Source: Candidatus Uhrbacteria bacterium
GTDB taxonomy: Bacteria > Patescibacteriota > Patescibacteriia > UBA9934
Reading direction: 5' to 3'
Assembly: GCA_963822405.1 (NCBI GenBank)
Contig: CAWGHH010000005.1
Span: 39,439 to 103,438 of the forward strand
Length of the DNA stretch: 64,000 nucleotides
The notes beneath the pieces were generated by a model. The model did no database searches. It saw only the letters and a program-made list of their open reading frames with translations, and was not told the origin of the DNA. Position numbers and translations under genes: made by a program. Shown one piece after another: positions 10,871 through 20,655 of the stretch (positions are counted from its first letter, which is position 1; each line of letters opens with the position of its first letter).

Positions 10871-11716
10871 ATGACCGAAATACTTAACGGTTCCGTCCTC
10901 GCTAAAACCATTAGAAGTAAAGCTACTAAAAGAGTGGCTGGTTTTGAGCATCCTCCAGGGCTGGCCGTTATTCTGGTGGGCGACAATCCAGCCAGTTCGC
11001 TTTACGTTGGCCTCAAAGAAAAGGCGGCTAAAGAAGTTGGCATCTATGTTGAGCGTCATCAATATAGTAACGAGGCGACCGCTGAGCATATAATCGAAAA
11101 AATAAATGAGTTGAATGGTCGCAAGGATATTAACGGCATCCTTGTTCAGCTCCCTCTTCCTAACTCCGCGGACACCGACGCGGTTATTTCAGCTATTCAT
11201 CCCGTCAAAGATATTGACGGCTTCCATCCAGAAAACCGCAAAGCCCTTTTGCAAAATGCCCCAGTACTCGTTCCGCCGGTGGCACTCTCAATCATGCGCC
11301 TCATTCAAGCGTCTCGTCAGCCGGTTTCTAACAAGCATGGAGTAATCATTGGCAACTCGGAAATCTTCGCTGAACCGATCATTGAGCTCATGCGCGAGGC
11401 AGGAATTTCAGCCACCTTCGTCAAAAAAGATACCGCCGGACTGGACGCCATTACTCGCGCCGCAGACATCATCGTCGTCGCTGTTGGCGAAGCAAACTTT
11501 TTAACCAAAGACAAAGTCAAAGACGCCGCCATCGTCATCGACGTCGGCACAAACAAAGTTAACGGCTCAACCATTGGTGATGCCTCAAATGATCTCTTTG
11601 GTCACGCCGGTTTTCTGTCGCCAGTCCCCGGCGGAGTTGGCCCACTCACCGTTGCCTACCTGCTCATGAACGTGATTAAGGCGAAAGAGTTGCAAGAACG
11701 AGCCCTGAAGCCCTGA
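10871..11716 (+). CDS. folD: Methylenetetrahydrofolate dehydrogenase/cyclohydrolase
   Basis: LAVILVGDNPAS, GILVQLPLP, KDIDGFHP, VIDVG, PVPGGVGPLTVA. Confidence 0.95.
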   Translation: MTEILNGSVLAKTIRSKATKRVAGFEHPPGLAVILVGDNPASSLYVGLKEKAAKEVGIYVERHQYSNEATAEHIIEKINELNGRKDINGILVQLPLPNSADTDAVISAIHPVKDIDGFHPENRKALLQNAPVLVPPVALSIMRLIQASRQPVSNKHGVIIGNSEIFAEPIIELMREAGISATFVKKDTAGLDAITRAADIIVVAVGEANFLTKDKVKDAAIVIDVGTNKVNGSTIGDASNDLFGHAGFLSPVPGGVGPLTVAYLLMNVIKAKELQERALKP

Positions 11717-11750
11717 ACCCCCTTGGTCCCCCTGGGAAGGGGGTTCAGGG
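11711..11750. terminator. Strong GC hairpin between convergent folD and permease
   Basis: CCCTGAACCCCCTT ... AAGGGGGTTCAGGG. Confidence 0.6.
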
Positions 11751-11774
11751 TGATGCGAGGGGGTCGAACGTGCG

Positions 11775-12917
11775 CTAGCGCCCGCTCAGGAGTTGCACCA
11801 CCGTCAGAATCATCATCCCCGCGTACATGAGGAATGTCAGAAGTACCAACCATTGCGGAATCGCTAGGGCGTTTTTTGGTAGCACGTGAGAAATTCTAGC
11901 TCGCTCGTAGGCAAGAACCAGGAAGATACCGATTAACGCGGCCAGGATTCCGCCAGTGACCCCAATAACTGAAACTAAATTTGTCGCCCCAGCCAAGAAG
12001 ATAATTAACGGCAAGAAAATTGTAGCTAGCCAAGCAAGCCCAAAGCGCATCTTCAAATCATAAACAAGCGTCCCCGAAAGGCTCGTGCCAACCGTCAAAA
12101 ATGCCCCGGTCACAATCGCCAAACCTAGAAAATTTCCGATAGTCATCACTACCGGACCCGCCAACTTAGTTAATCCCTCAAGTGCCTGCTCGGTCGTAAG
12201 ATCCCCAGTGACGCCGACGACCAACAAGGTAAACAACGCGTAGAAAATGCCAATCAATAAAATACCAAGAGAGATCGCTCGATAAAGATCTTTTCTATTT
12301 CCGTGAACAAGCTCCTTAACCTCTGGGATAGATGCAATGCCACCAAAAGCAAATAACGCAATACCAAACGGAAGCGTAAAATTATTCGGATGCAACACGA
12401 GAATGTTCGCCAAATGAAACTGCGAACCCAAGACAACTGCGAGTAAAATAACCAGAAATCCCAGGAGCGGAAATAGCAAACCTTGTACTCGCAGGACTAA
12501 CGGTAGACCGCCCATTAATAGAATAGAACACACTGCCCAAAAGATAATGACGTAGAATGATGCCTCACCACCAACAAACGGCGAGAAAGCTCCGTAAGCA
12601 AATGATCCACCAGCGATAAGGTAAGCAAGAAGAGTCCCAAACTGCGAGCCAAAGAAAGCAAAACCGGAAATGCCTCGCTCGACCACATTCAGTTCAGACC
12701 CAACTACTGACAAATATCGACCATGACCGTTTTTTACAAGCACCAAATCAGCATAAAGAAGTAAGGCCACTAAAGTTAGACCGCCGACTATCAAAAGCTC
12801 GACCAAGGCAATACCGTAACCCGCTTGGGCAAAAGCGTAGGGCAAACCAAACACTCCGACCCCCACAATTGTCCCAAATAACGGCTTCATGGCCTGCCAA
12901 AGCTTAGCTATTCGCAT
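11775..12917 (-). CDS. Aromatic amino acid / APC-family permease
   Basis: GTIVGVGVFGLPY motif; about 11 hydrophobic segments. Confidence 0.85.
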   Translation of the reverse strand: MRIAKLWQAMKPLFGTIVGVGVFGLPYAFAQAGYGIALVELLIVGGLTLVALLLYADLVLVKNGHGRYLSVVGSELNVVERGISGFAFFGSQFGTLLAYLIAGGSFAYGAFSPFVGGEASFYVIIFWAVCSILLMGGLPLVLRVQGLLFPLLGFLVILLAVVLGSQFHLANILVLHPNNFTLPFGIALFAFGGIASIPEVKELVHGNRKDLYRAISLGILLIGIFYALFTLLVVGVTGDLTTEQALEGLTKLAGPVVMTIGNFLGLAIVTGAFLTVGTSLSGTLVYDLKMRFGLAWLATIFLPLIIFLAGATNLVSVIGVTGGILAALIGIFLVLAYERARISHVLPKNALAIPQWLVLLTFLMYAGMMILTVVQLLSGR

Positions 12918-12996
12918 AGATCATCCCCCAGTATATCTTATCCACGCTTCGTCCACTTCCCCTCCGGACTCGACCGCGTTACCATCAGCCTCATCT

Positions 12997-14499
12997 ATGG
13001 CTACCCTGGGCAGAATTCCACCTCATAATCTTGAAGCCGAGCAGTCCATTTTGGGCGCGCTTTTCCTTGATCAAGACACCATGCTGAAGGTGGGTGATAT
13101 TTTGCGCCCAGAAGATTTCTATAAAGATTCTCACCGCATTATTTTTGAAACAATGGTCGAGCTGTTCGAGCGTCATGAACCAGTCGATCTCTTGACCGTT
13201 GGCAACAGACTAGACGAAAAGGGCACGCTCAAAAACGTTGGGGGACGCACAGCATTAGTCGAGCTGACAAATGCCGTCACTACCGGCGCCCACTCGGCAC
13301 ACTACGCAGAAATTGTCAGCAAAAAAGCGGCGCTACGCAGACTCCTAAAAGCTGCTGGCGAAATTTCTGAGTTAGGTTTCGACGAAGAACAAGATGTCGA
13401 TACCGTTTTAGACGAAGCTGAACAAAAACTATTCAGCGTTTCTTCAAACTTCATTAAGCAAACTTTCTTCCCGTTACACTCGGTTCTAACAGCCGCCTTC
13501 GAGCGCATTGACGAGCTGCACAAAGATCCAGGGAAGCTACGCGGTGTGCCAACTGGTTTCACTGGCGTCGACAATCTCCTCGCCGGCCTTCAACGGTCAG
13601 ATCTGATCATTCTCGCTGCTCGTCCGTCTGTCGGCAAAACATCTTTTGCGCTAGACATCATGCGTGCTGTAGCGCTCAAGACGAAACTCCCAGTTGGCCT
13701 GTTCTCTCTAGAAATGGCCAAGGAACAGCTGGTTGACCGTTTGATTTGTGCGGAAGCCGGCGTTGACCTGTGGAAACTGCGTACTGGTCGACTATCTGAC
13801 AAGGACGATGACTTCCCACGCATTGGCGACGCCCTCGGCAAACTTTCAGAAGCACCCATCTTCATTGACGACTCCCCAACCGCCAGCGTCATGACTATTC
13901 GCACTAAAGCTCGAAGGCTACAAAGCGAACATGGACTCTCCATGATCGTGATCGACTACTTGCAGCTCATGGAAGCCAGAAACAAAACTGACAACCGTGT
14001 ACAGGAAGTGGCGGAAATTTCTCGCGGACTAAAACAGATTGCGCGTGAATTGAACGTACCCGTGCTCGCCCTAGCTCAGCTCTCCCGTGCCGTCGAGCTA
14101 CAAAAACCGGCCATCCCGCGCCTCGCCCACTTGCGTGACTCCGGATCTATCGAACAAGACGCTGACGTAGTTATGTTCTTGTATCGAAAAGCCGCTGATC
14201 GAAACTACCAGCCAGAAGAACTTACACCGGAAGAAAAATCATCGGCCGAACTGCACATCGCTAAGCATCGTAACGGCCCAACCGGCATGGTGAAATTATT
14301 CTGGGACGCGGCTAGAGCATCATTCAAGAACCTAGATACGAGATACGCTGGAGGCGGTTCGCCGGGTGGATCACCGGGAGGATCGGCGCCATCGTCGAAT
14401 CCCTTCCCACAGTCAACGTCCCTTCCGCCTTCTGGCCCTAGACCAGAAAACAAAGGACTCCCACCAGGTATTCCCCCTAAAGGCTTTAAACCAGTATAA
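12997..14499 (+). CDS. dnaB: Replicative DNA helicase with Pro/Gly-rich C-terminal tail
   Basis: PPHNLEAEQSILG, AARPSVGKT, IDYLQLM, LRDSGSIEQDAD, KHRNGPTG. Confidence 0.97.
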   Translation: MATLGRIPPHNLEAEQSILGALFLDQDTMLKVGDILRPEDFYKDSHRIIFETMVELFERHEPVDLLTVGNRLDEKGTLKNVGGRTALVELTNAVTTGAHSAHYAEIVSKKAALRRLLKAAGEISELGFDEEQDVDTVLDEAEQKLFSVSSNFIKQTFFPLHSVLTAAFERIDELHKDPGKLRGVPTGFTGVDNLLAGLQRSDLIILAARPSVGKTSFALDIMRAVALKTKLPVGLFSLEMAKEQLVDRLICAEAGVDLWKLRTGRLSDKDDDFPRIGDALGKLSEAPIFIDDSPTASVMTIRTKARRLQSEHGLSMIVIDYLQLMEARNKTDNRVQEVAEISRGLKQIARELNVPVLALAQLSRAVELQKPAIPRLAHLRDSGSIEQDADVVMFLYRKAADRNYQPEELTPEEKSSAELHIAKHRNGPTGMVKLFWDAARASFKNLDTRYAGGGSPGGSPGGSAPSSNPFPQSTSLPPSGPRPENKGLPPGIPPKGFKPV

Positions 14500-14508
14500 T
14501 TAAATCCT

Positions 14509-14814
14509 ATGTTCAACAAACTCAAGCAGTTCAAAGAAATGCGTGACGAAGGCAAGAAGATGAAAGCCATGTTAGACGAAGTCGTCATTGTTGGCTCTGG
14601 TGCTGGTGGCAAAGTCATGATCACCATGAACGGCAGCCATGAAGTGCTTGGCGTTGCCATTGAAGATGGACTCGACAAGGCTCGAACAGAACAAGGCGTC
14701 AAAGAAGCAATCACTGACGTGAACAAGAAACTTCAAACCGAGCTCATGAAGAAAATGCAGGCTATGGGAGGAATGGGAGCGCTCGGTGACATGATGAAAG
14801 GGATAGGAGGTTAA
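14509..14814 (+). CDS. ybaB: YbaB/EbfC nucleoid-associated protein
   Basis: GSGAGGKVMITMNG; immediately upstream of recR (conserved synteny). Confidence 0.85.
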   Translation: MFNKLKQFKEMRDEGKKMKAMLDEVVIVGSGAGGKVMITMNGSHEVLGVAIEDGLDKARTEQGVKEAITDVNKKLQTELMKKMQAMGGMGALGDMMKGIGG

Positions 14815-14820
14815 TGTATT

Positions 14821-14907
14821 GTCATTGCGAGGGTCCCGTCTGCGGGAGCCCGAAGCAACCTCAAAGATTGCTTCGACCCAGACGATTACGTCTGGTCTCG
14901 CAAAGAC
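14821..14907. repeat. Palindromic element, family B (RPE/REP-like), copy 1
   Basis: GTCATTGCGAG...CGAAGCAACCTC..AGATTGCTTCG...CTCGCAAAGAC; near-identical inverted copy at 20554-20642. Confidence 0.9.
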
Positions 14908-14916
14908 GGATGAGAC

Positions 14917-15516
14917 ATGCGTAAATTCCCCGCCCCCATTCACAATGCCATGGCCGCCATGGGGCGTTTGCCAGGAGTTGGTCCGAAGACGGCACTTCGG
15001 TACGTGTTTGCGCTGTTGCATTTGAAAAAGGACGAGCTCGATCTTGTCGCGCGAGCCATAGATAACCTAAAACGCGTCGCCACCTGCGTGACGTGTTTTA
15101 CGTATGCGGAAAGTAGCGTCTGCGATATCTGTTCGGACGCTCGACGGTCGACAGACGTTCTTTGCGTTGTGGCCGAAGCGCGCGACATTTCGACCATTGA
15201 AGCAACTGGCATGTACAAGGGAAAATACTTTGTCCTCGGTGGCGTTTTGAATCCAATCGACGGCTACACGCCAGACACCCTTCACGTTCGCCAGCTCAAT
15301 GAGCGAATCAAAAACGACCTTGCGATTAAAGAAATCATCCTCGCCTTCTCCCCCGACGTTCACGGTGAAACTACCATTTTATATTTGAGCCGTCTTTTCA
15401 AAGGCGTCGACAAAAAGATTACGAGACTAGCTCGAGGACTGCCGATGGGCGCAGATATTGAATATGCGGATGAAGTGACGTTAGCGAGCGCGCTAAACGG
15501 GAGAAGCGAAACTTAA
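14917..15516 (+). CDS. recR: Recombination protein RecR
   Basis: LPGVGPKTA, C4 zinc finger, Toprim domain, ITRLARGLPMG..IEYADEVTL. Confidence 0.96.
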   Translation: MRKFPAPIHNAMAAMGRLPGVGPKTALRYVFALLHLKKDELDLVARAIDNLKRVATCVTCFTYAESSVCDICSDARRSTDVLCVVAEARDISTIEATGMYKGKYFVLGGVLNPIDGYTPDTLHVRQLNERIKNDLAIKEIILAFSPDVHGETTILYLSRLFKGVDKKITRLARGLPMGADIEYADEVTLASALNGRSET

Positions 15517-15540
15517 AAACAAGAGCCCCAAGCTTTACGC

Positions 15541-15840
15541 CTAGGGCTTACGGTAATCATTGGGCAACCAATTTTCGGGTCTACCAGCACGTTTCCAAGC
15601 CTTGAAATGCTTAGTGCAATATCCATTCGCACGATATGCACCGCTGCATCCTGGCACTCGACAGATGTGTGCACGTTTCGGTATTTGTGGCTCGCTGAGC
15701 CGTAAGCGCGTCACGCCACGTCGGTCGAGGAATCCGTGAAAATGGCAAACGGTGCATAATCCATCCTGGTACTCCAACCTTGGACAACCCTCCGTTCTAC
15801 AGGGCTGCCGAGGTCTTTCGAACTCTGACGAACGACGCAT
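15541..15840 (-). CDS. Small Cys/His-rich protein with two C-x4-C...C-x2-(C/H) zinc-finger-like units
   Basis: CRTEGC...GLCTVCH and CRVPGC...GYCTKH; G-rich SD. Confidence 0.55.
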   Translation of the reverse strand: MRRSSEFERPRQPCRTEGCPRLEYQDGLCTVCHFHGFLDRRGVTRLRLSEPQIPKRAHICRVPGCSGAYRANGYCTKHFKAWKRAGRPENWLPNDYRKP

Positions 15841-15928
15841 CTAGCACCCCCTTTTTTGAAAATACGGCCAAAGTAAAACAACTTTCTCAACTTTAGTCAA
15901 ACAAAAAAATATCGCGACCTGACCCCTT

Positions 15929-16714
15929 TTATATATACTCCCCGTGAATCCTTTCTAGTACAAACCACCCATGACGAACCTTGTCTGGTTTTGTTTCCTT
16001 GGATTTTATCATCCTAAAGCCATGTTCCTTGAAGAACTGCTTCCAAGCATCCGTGTTCTTATAATTATGCGGGCCGTGGTTTAGTACCTCAAAATTTAGT
16101 TTACGATCGATCGTTTCGGTCACCGCCTGCTCTTCTTTCGAATCGACCAAATCCTCCGCGATGAATACTTTGCCATCTATTTTTAGTACCCGCTTCAACT
16201 CGCTCATCACTTGGTCATATTCACCAGTGTCAATATGGTGCAGGACGAAAAATAACGTAGCGACATCCATTGAGTTGTCAGCGATCTCCTTCAAATCACC
16301 CGCATGCACAGTCTCATGCAGATACTCAAAATCTTTTTTGCCAGCTTCAAGTCGTTTTTCTACAGTCGGCGAAATATTGTCATGCGGATCAACGCCAACC
16401 ACTTTCATATCAGAAAACTCGTTGAGGATCACCTCCATCTCATGACCCTTACCAGCGCCAATACATAGTACTTTTTGCGTATTCTTTTCTTCTTCGATTC
16501 CCCCCTTTTCGCCCATCACTAATTCATTCGGCGATGCCTGCATTACGTCCTTAAATGAAACCTCGCCAATCATCCAATTGGCTCTTGGCTTAAGCGCTCG
16601 ATCAGCAAAAAACTGCACAAACCCTCCAGATAAAAATCTATTCACCCAACTATTCCTGGTCGGTTCAATTTGTTTCTTAACTTCAGGTGACTTCTCAAAT
16701 CCTTGTTCGTTCAT
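15929..16714 (-). CDS. Class I SAM-dependent methyltransferase
   Basis: VLCIGAGKG, VLHHI, LKRVLK.DG. Confidence 0.85.
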   Translation of the reverse strand: MNEQGFEKSPEVKKQIEPTRNSWVNRFLSGGFVQFFADRALKPRANWMIGEVSFKDVMQASPNELVMGEKGGIEEEKNTQKVLCIGAGKGHEMEVILNEFSDMKVVGVDPHDNISPTVEKRLEAGKKDFEYLHETVHAGDLKEIADNSMDVATLFFVLHHIDTGEYDQVMSELKRVLKIDGKVFIAEDLVDSKEEQAVTETIDRKLNFEVLNHGPHNYKNTDAWKQFFKEHGFRMIKSKETKPDKVRHGWFVLERIHGEYI

Positions 16715-16744
16715 ATGTGCATAGTTTACTGCAACAATCCTTAC

Positions 16745-17429
16745 AAAACAAAACCGAGGCATTTCTACCCCGGAATTATTTATGAAATGTTGTTATTTTG
16801 AATCGATACAGTCTGCGACCAAATCGAACTAAAACTTAACACTACTCAAGATGGCTGTAACATCTGTGCTAGGGTCAGAAGTGTGAACGATGAACCACTT
16901 CGTTCCCGCATCGACAAAATACTTACCGTAACGGAAATTCTCTTGCCCGTTTACCATACGAGCGAAAATCTTTTCCGTAGTTGGGAATGTCCCAATTGTG
17001 ATGTTCCTCGTGTTCACCAATACATCTCCCGATTGAGGAGCTACGTCACTATCAAGCCATGACGCCTTATTCGTAAACACCTCAAAAGACACAGTGCTAT
17101 AAGGACTACCCTTTGTCAGCAACAAATTCCGGCTCTCATCCTCGCTAACCGACCAACCCGTAGGAATAACAAATCCAATTCCAGTTTTTGAATCCGTATA
17201 CGACTTTCCACTTTGTTGTGCAGAAGAATCCACCTGTGGTGAGGCTGGAGATACAGGCGCTGTAGAACAGCCTGCACCAATCAACAAAACGGAACACACC
17301 GCCGTCAATGCAATAATTTGTTTCATAAAATACTGATTTTATCTTTTACTTCTTGCGCAAGGATAGCACTGGGGGGGGTAAAACAATAGCATCTGTGCAA
17401 AAAACAAAACCGAGGCATTTCTGCCCCGG
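16745..17429. repeat. 29-bp direct repeat (duplicated terminator) flanking a lipoprotein gene
   Basis: AAAACAAAACCGAGGCATTTCT(A/G)CCCCGG at 16745-16773 and 17401-17429. Confidence 0.8.
16829..17326 (-). CDS. Putative lipoprotein (PsbP-like)
   Basis: Signal peptide with LLIGAGC lipobox; GFVIPTGWSV. Confidence 0.7.
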   Translation of the reverse strand: MKQIIALTAVCSVLLIGAGCSTAPVSPASPQVDSSAQQSGKSYTDSKTGIGFVIPTGWSVSEDESRNLLLTKGSPYSTVSFEVFTNKASWLDSDVAPQSGDVLVNTRNITIGTFPTTEKIFARMVNGQENFRYGKYFVDAGTKWFIVHTSDPSTDVTAILSSVKF

Positions 17430-17435
17430 GCTTGT

Positions 17436-17747
17436 TTAGGAAATCTTTTCGATTTGGATGATTGTGTAAGGCTGGCGGTGGCCAACGTTACGGCGGTAGC
17501 GAGTCTTTCGCTTGTACTTGATAACGGAGATTTTATCTGCGCGACCATGTTCAGCGATTTTCGCTACAACCTCAGCACCCTTTACTTCAGGGCTGCCGAC
17601 CTTCACTTCAGAGCCGTCATCATTGCTGATGAGCATGGCTGTAAAAGTCATGGTCTTACCTTCTTCAAGGTCAATCTTCTCTACCTGGACTTTAAGCCCC
17701 TCTTTTACAAGGTATTGCTTACCGCCAGTGGTAATTACTGCGTACAT
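17436..17747 (-). CDS. rplU: 50S ribosomal protein L21
   Basis: MYAVITTGGKQYLV ... GHRQPYT. Confidence 0.97.
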   Translation of the reverse strand: MYAVITTGGKQYLVKEGLKVQVEKIDLEEGKTMTFTAMLISNDDGSEVKVGSPEVKGAEVVAKIAEHGRADKISVIKYKRKTRYRRNVGHRQPYTIIQIEKIS

Positions 17748-17878
17748 AGAATTTTGTGCTGCTCGGGCGCCCCGAAGGGACTTTAAAAAGCCGTACGCAA
17801 GCCAAGGATTAACGGCAGAATTGTAACGGACAACCCAATATCCGTCAACTTCTTACATGGTACAATAGGTATAGATTT

Positions 17879-19003
17879 GTGAAAAACAAAGGATTCCACG
17901 CATTTTTCCAAGACCACTTCATTCCCCACCATGGGAATAAGCACACCCCACATGCCTTAGGCCACGGGGCGCTTTTAGCGTATAGCGTAGGGATGGTACT
18001 CCTGAAGTTTGGCGCTCTGTGTATAGCCATCGCTCTCCCCGCTGCCAGTCTGTACTCTTCAGCCATTACCCCGATTAACATCATTTCGCTGACTAACGCC
18101 TCAAGATCGAGCCTCGAACTTCCGGTACTGGCCGAGAATTCCCTCCTCGACGCTTCAGCTCAAGCCAAGGCCGAAGACATGCTCGCTAAGCAATACTTTG
18201 CCCATACCTCGCCAACTGGACTTACCCCGTGGTCATGGATCAAAGGCGGTGGATATTCATATAAATACGCCGGTGAAAACCTGGCTGTGTATTTCTCACA
18301 AGCTGAAGACGTAGAAGCTGGTTGGATGGCCTCGCCCACTCACCGGGCGAACATTGTCGATACTAAATTTACGGACATTGGCGTCGGCGTAGCTCAAGGC
18401 GAATACAACGGTTACCCGGCGGTCTTTGTAGTTCAACACTTTGGTAAGCTGGCTACTATGGCTGAACCCGCTCCCCCAGCCGCGGCGGTACTAAGTGAAC
18501 AAATAGAAATTGCCGCTAGTGAGCCGGCAGTGACGGTTATTCCGCAAAAAGATTCTTACGCGGTGGCTCTAAAAGCACCGGACGCTACAGCCGTGTCAGC
18601 TCATCTTGGGAATACCTCAATCGCGCTCACAAAAACTGGAGATAACACCTGGCAAGGCTCCGTGCCCGCAAAAACAAATGAACTGTCCCAAAATGGTGAG
18701 CAGCTAACACTTGTGGTATCAGATAAAAATGGTCAAAGCGTTGAATCCGCCGCCATCGTGGCCCCAACTGCCACCGCGCAAGACATGTACGCCTTTGAAA
18801 ATAAAACACCTCAAGCAAAGGTGTTTGGACTCTCACTAAATGGCTTGCAAGATAACGTAACGCAAATCTATCTCATCACCATCGCCGTTCTAGCCGCTCT
18901 GCTCTTTGTCACGCTTATGGCTAAGATGCACTGGAAACGCTTGCCACTCGCCGCTCACGTCTTTGCAGTAATCGGTATTGCCGTCTTGCTCATGGCGATT
19001 TAA
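17879..19003 (+). CDS. CAP (SCP) domain membrane protein
   Basis: AQAKAEDM...YFAHTSP, AGENLA, WMASPTHRANI; N- and C-terminal TM segments. Confidence 0.88.
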   Translation: MKNKGFHAFFQDHFIPHHGNKHTPHALGHGALLAYSVGMVLLKFGALCIAIALPAASLYSSAITPINIISLTNASRSSLELPVLAENSLLDASAQAKAEDMLAKQYFAHTSPTGLTPWSWIKGGGYSYKYAGENLAVYFSQAEDVEAGWMASPTHRANIVDTKFTDIGVGVAQGEYNGYPAVFVVQHFGKLATMAEPAPPAAAVLSEQIEIAASEPAVTVIPQKDSYAVALKAPDATAVSAHLGNTSIALTKTGDNTWQGSVPAKTNELSQNGEQLTLVVSDKNGQSVESAAIVAPTATAQDMYAFENKTPQAKVFGLSLNGLQDNVTQIYLITIAVLAALLFVTLMAKMHWKRLPLAAHVFAVIGIAVLLMAI

Positions 19004-19485
19004 CGCGCGTTCACAGCGTCACCAGTTTTAATACCGTTCGCATTCACAAACCCTGCAGGAAATTCAAACACAGTATCAGCAGAAACCGGCTTTGAGGAAA
19101 CTTGAACCGGTTTTTCATTTACTTTTGGCGCAGGGATATTTTCATCGAGTTTTACAATCGCCCCATCTTGCACCCACAAAAAATCTAACGCAAAAAGCAT
19201 TCGTCGCATTTCAAAAGTTCTCTGCTCGGCTGTAGGAAAAGTAAACATCATCCCGTCAGCCCCCAATTTTTCAATAGTCTTACCAGACAAACCTTGGTAT
19301 CTGCTAACCGGAGTATTAGCTACAAGCACAGTATGGCCTTTGCCATTAATTGTAACCGTTTTTGTGATTGGTCGAGCTGTCACTAATGAATACAACGCTA
19401 AACCAATCATCAAGCACACAAAAATACCGAGTAGATTCAAACTCATAGTTACTATTCCTGGTAGACCATCGTGATGTTCGGACAT
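19000..19485 (-). CDS. DUF192 domain protein
   Basis: RYQGLSG...GMMFTF...FEMRRMLFALD. Confidence 0.8.
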   Translation of the reverse strand: MSEHHDGLPGIVTMSLNLLGIFVCLMIGLALYSLVTARPITKTVTINGKGHTVLVANTPVSRYQGLSGKTIEKLGADGMMFTFPTAEQRTFEMRRMLFALDFLWVQDGAIVKLDENIPAPKVNEKPVQVSSKPVSADTVFEFPAGFVNANGIKTGDAVNAR

Positions 19486-19505
19486 AAGCTGTAAAGTTAA
19501 GAGGG

Positions 19506-20540
19506 TTATGAAGGCCGTCTAGAAATTCGCGCGAGCGTTCGTGCTACGCCGAGGAATACTAGTGACAACAAGACAAGAATCAATAGTTTTTCAAGATGCG
19601 AAAAGAACAATGTCGTCAGGCCGAACAACAACGAGAACCCAGCGTACACCGCTACTACCTGTCGTTCCGACAATCCTGCATCGAACAGTAGATGGTGAAA
19701 ATGATAGCGGTCACCACTAGTGATCGATCGATGCTCTCGCAAGCGACGATACATCACCTGGACTACGTCGAGACATGGCACGCCGAGCACGAGGAGTAAC
19801 GTCACCATTTTACTACCGGCAATGATCGACAGCACACCAAGCGTAAATCCGAGGAACGTACTTCCGCCCTCGCCTAGAAATATTCGAGCGACAGGAAAGT
19901 TCCAAAGTAGAAAACCAATAAGTGCAGCGGCAAACATGAGAGCGAGGAGTGCAACGTCTGGCTGAAAGTATGCCGTCGATAACGCCAGAGCCGCAATCAC
20001 GAGTGAACCGATCGTTGCGACGCTTGTCGTTAGTCCGTCAACGCCGTCGAGCAGCTTAGTCGCGTAACTCATGACAACGAGCCAAACGAAAGTTATAGCA
20101 GCAGATACCGTCGACGACACAACAATCGCCTCGCCAACGGGATTAGTCAGCTTCGAGACTCCGATACCAGCAAGACTCGCAATCAACGCTGCAACAACCG
20201 GAAACCACACACTGTATTTCGGCGACAATCCGAGTTTATCGTCGAGCGCACCACCGATCATGAGCACGAGTCCAGCGACAAAGAATCCGAAGTACTGCCT
20301 AAGCTCTATCTGTCCGCTCGTCAGATGCGTCGACAACGCAAGCACAAGAAGCACCGGCACAAAGAAACCGACGAACACCGCGAGTCCGCCGAGCAATGGG
20401 GTCGACGCCGTGTGAATCTTTCGTCCCCCCGTTGGCTCGTCGACAATCCTAAATTTCTTTGCCAATAAAATAACGAGCGGAGTAAGACTCGCTGAAAGAA
20501 TAAATGCGAGAGCGATGGGGAGGGGGAACCAGGGAGGCAT
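19506..20540 (-). CDS. MraY/WecA (GT4, TagO-like) polyprenyl-phosphate sugar-phosphate transferase
   Basis: RKIH..TPLLGG, GALDD, LDGVDGL, WNFPVARIFLGEGGS, HFHH. Confidence 0.9.
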   Translation of the reverse strand: MPPWFPLPIALAFILSASLTPLVILLAKKFRIVDEPTGGRKIHTASTPLLGGLAVFVGFFVPVLLVLALSTHLTSGQIELRQYFGFFVAGLVLMIGGALDDKLGLSPKYSVWFPVVAALIASLAGIGVSKLTNPVGEAIVVSSTVSAAITFVWLVVMSYATKLLDGVDGLTTSVATIGSLVIAALALSTAYFQPDVALLALMFAAALIGFLLWNFPVARIFLGEGGSTFLGFTLGVLSIIAGSKMVTLLLVLGVPCLDVVQVMYRRLREHRSITSGDRYHFHHLLFDAGLSERQVVAVYAGFSLLFGLTTLFFSHLEKLLILVLLSLVFLGVARTLARISRRPS

Positions 20541-20553
20541 AGTCAGAATGTCA

Positions 20554-20642
20554 GTCCTTGCGAGACCAGACGTAATCGTCTGGGTCGAAGCAATCTCATT
20601 GAGGTTGCTTCGGGCTCCCGCAGACGGGACCCTCGCAATGAC
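20554..20642. repeat. Palindromic element, family B, copy 2 (inverted)
   Basis: Reverse complement matches 14821-14907 apart from a few bases. Confidence 0.9.
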
Positions 20643-20655
20643 GAAGAGTAAGTCT

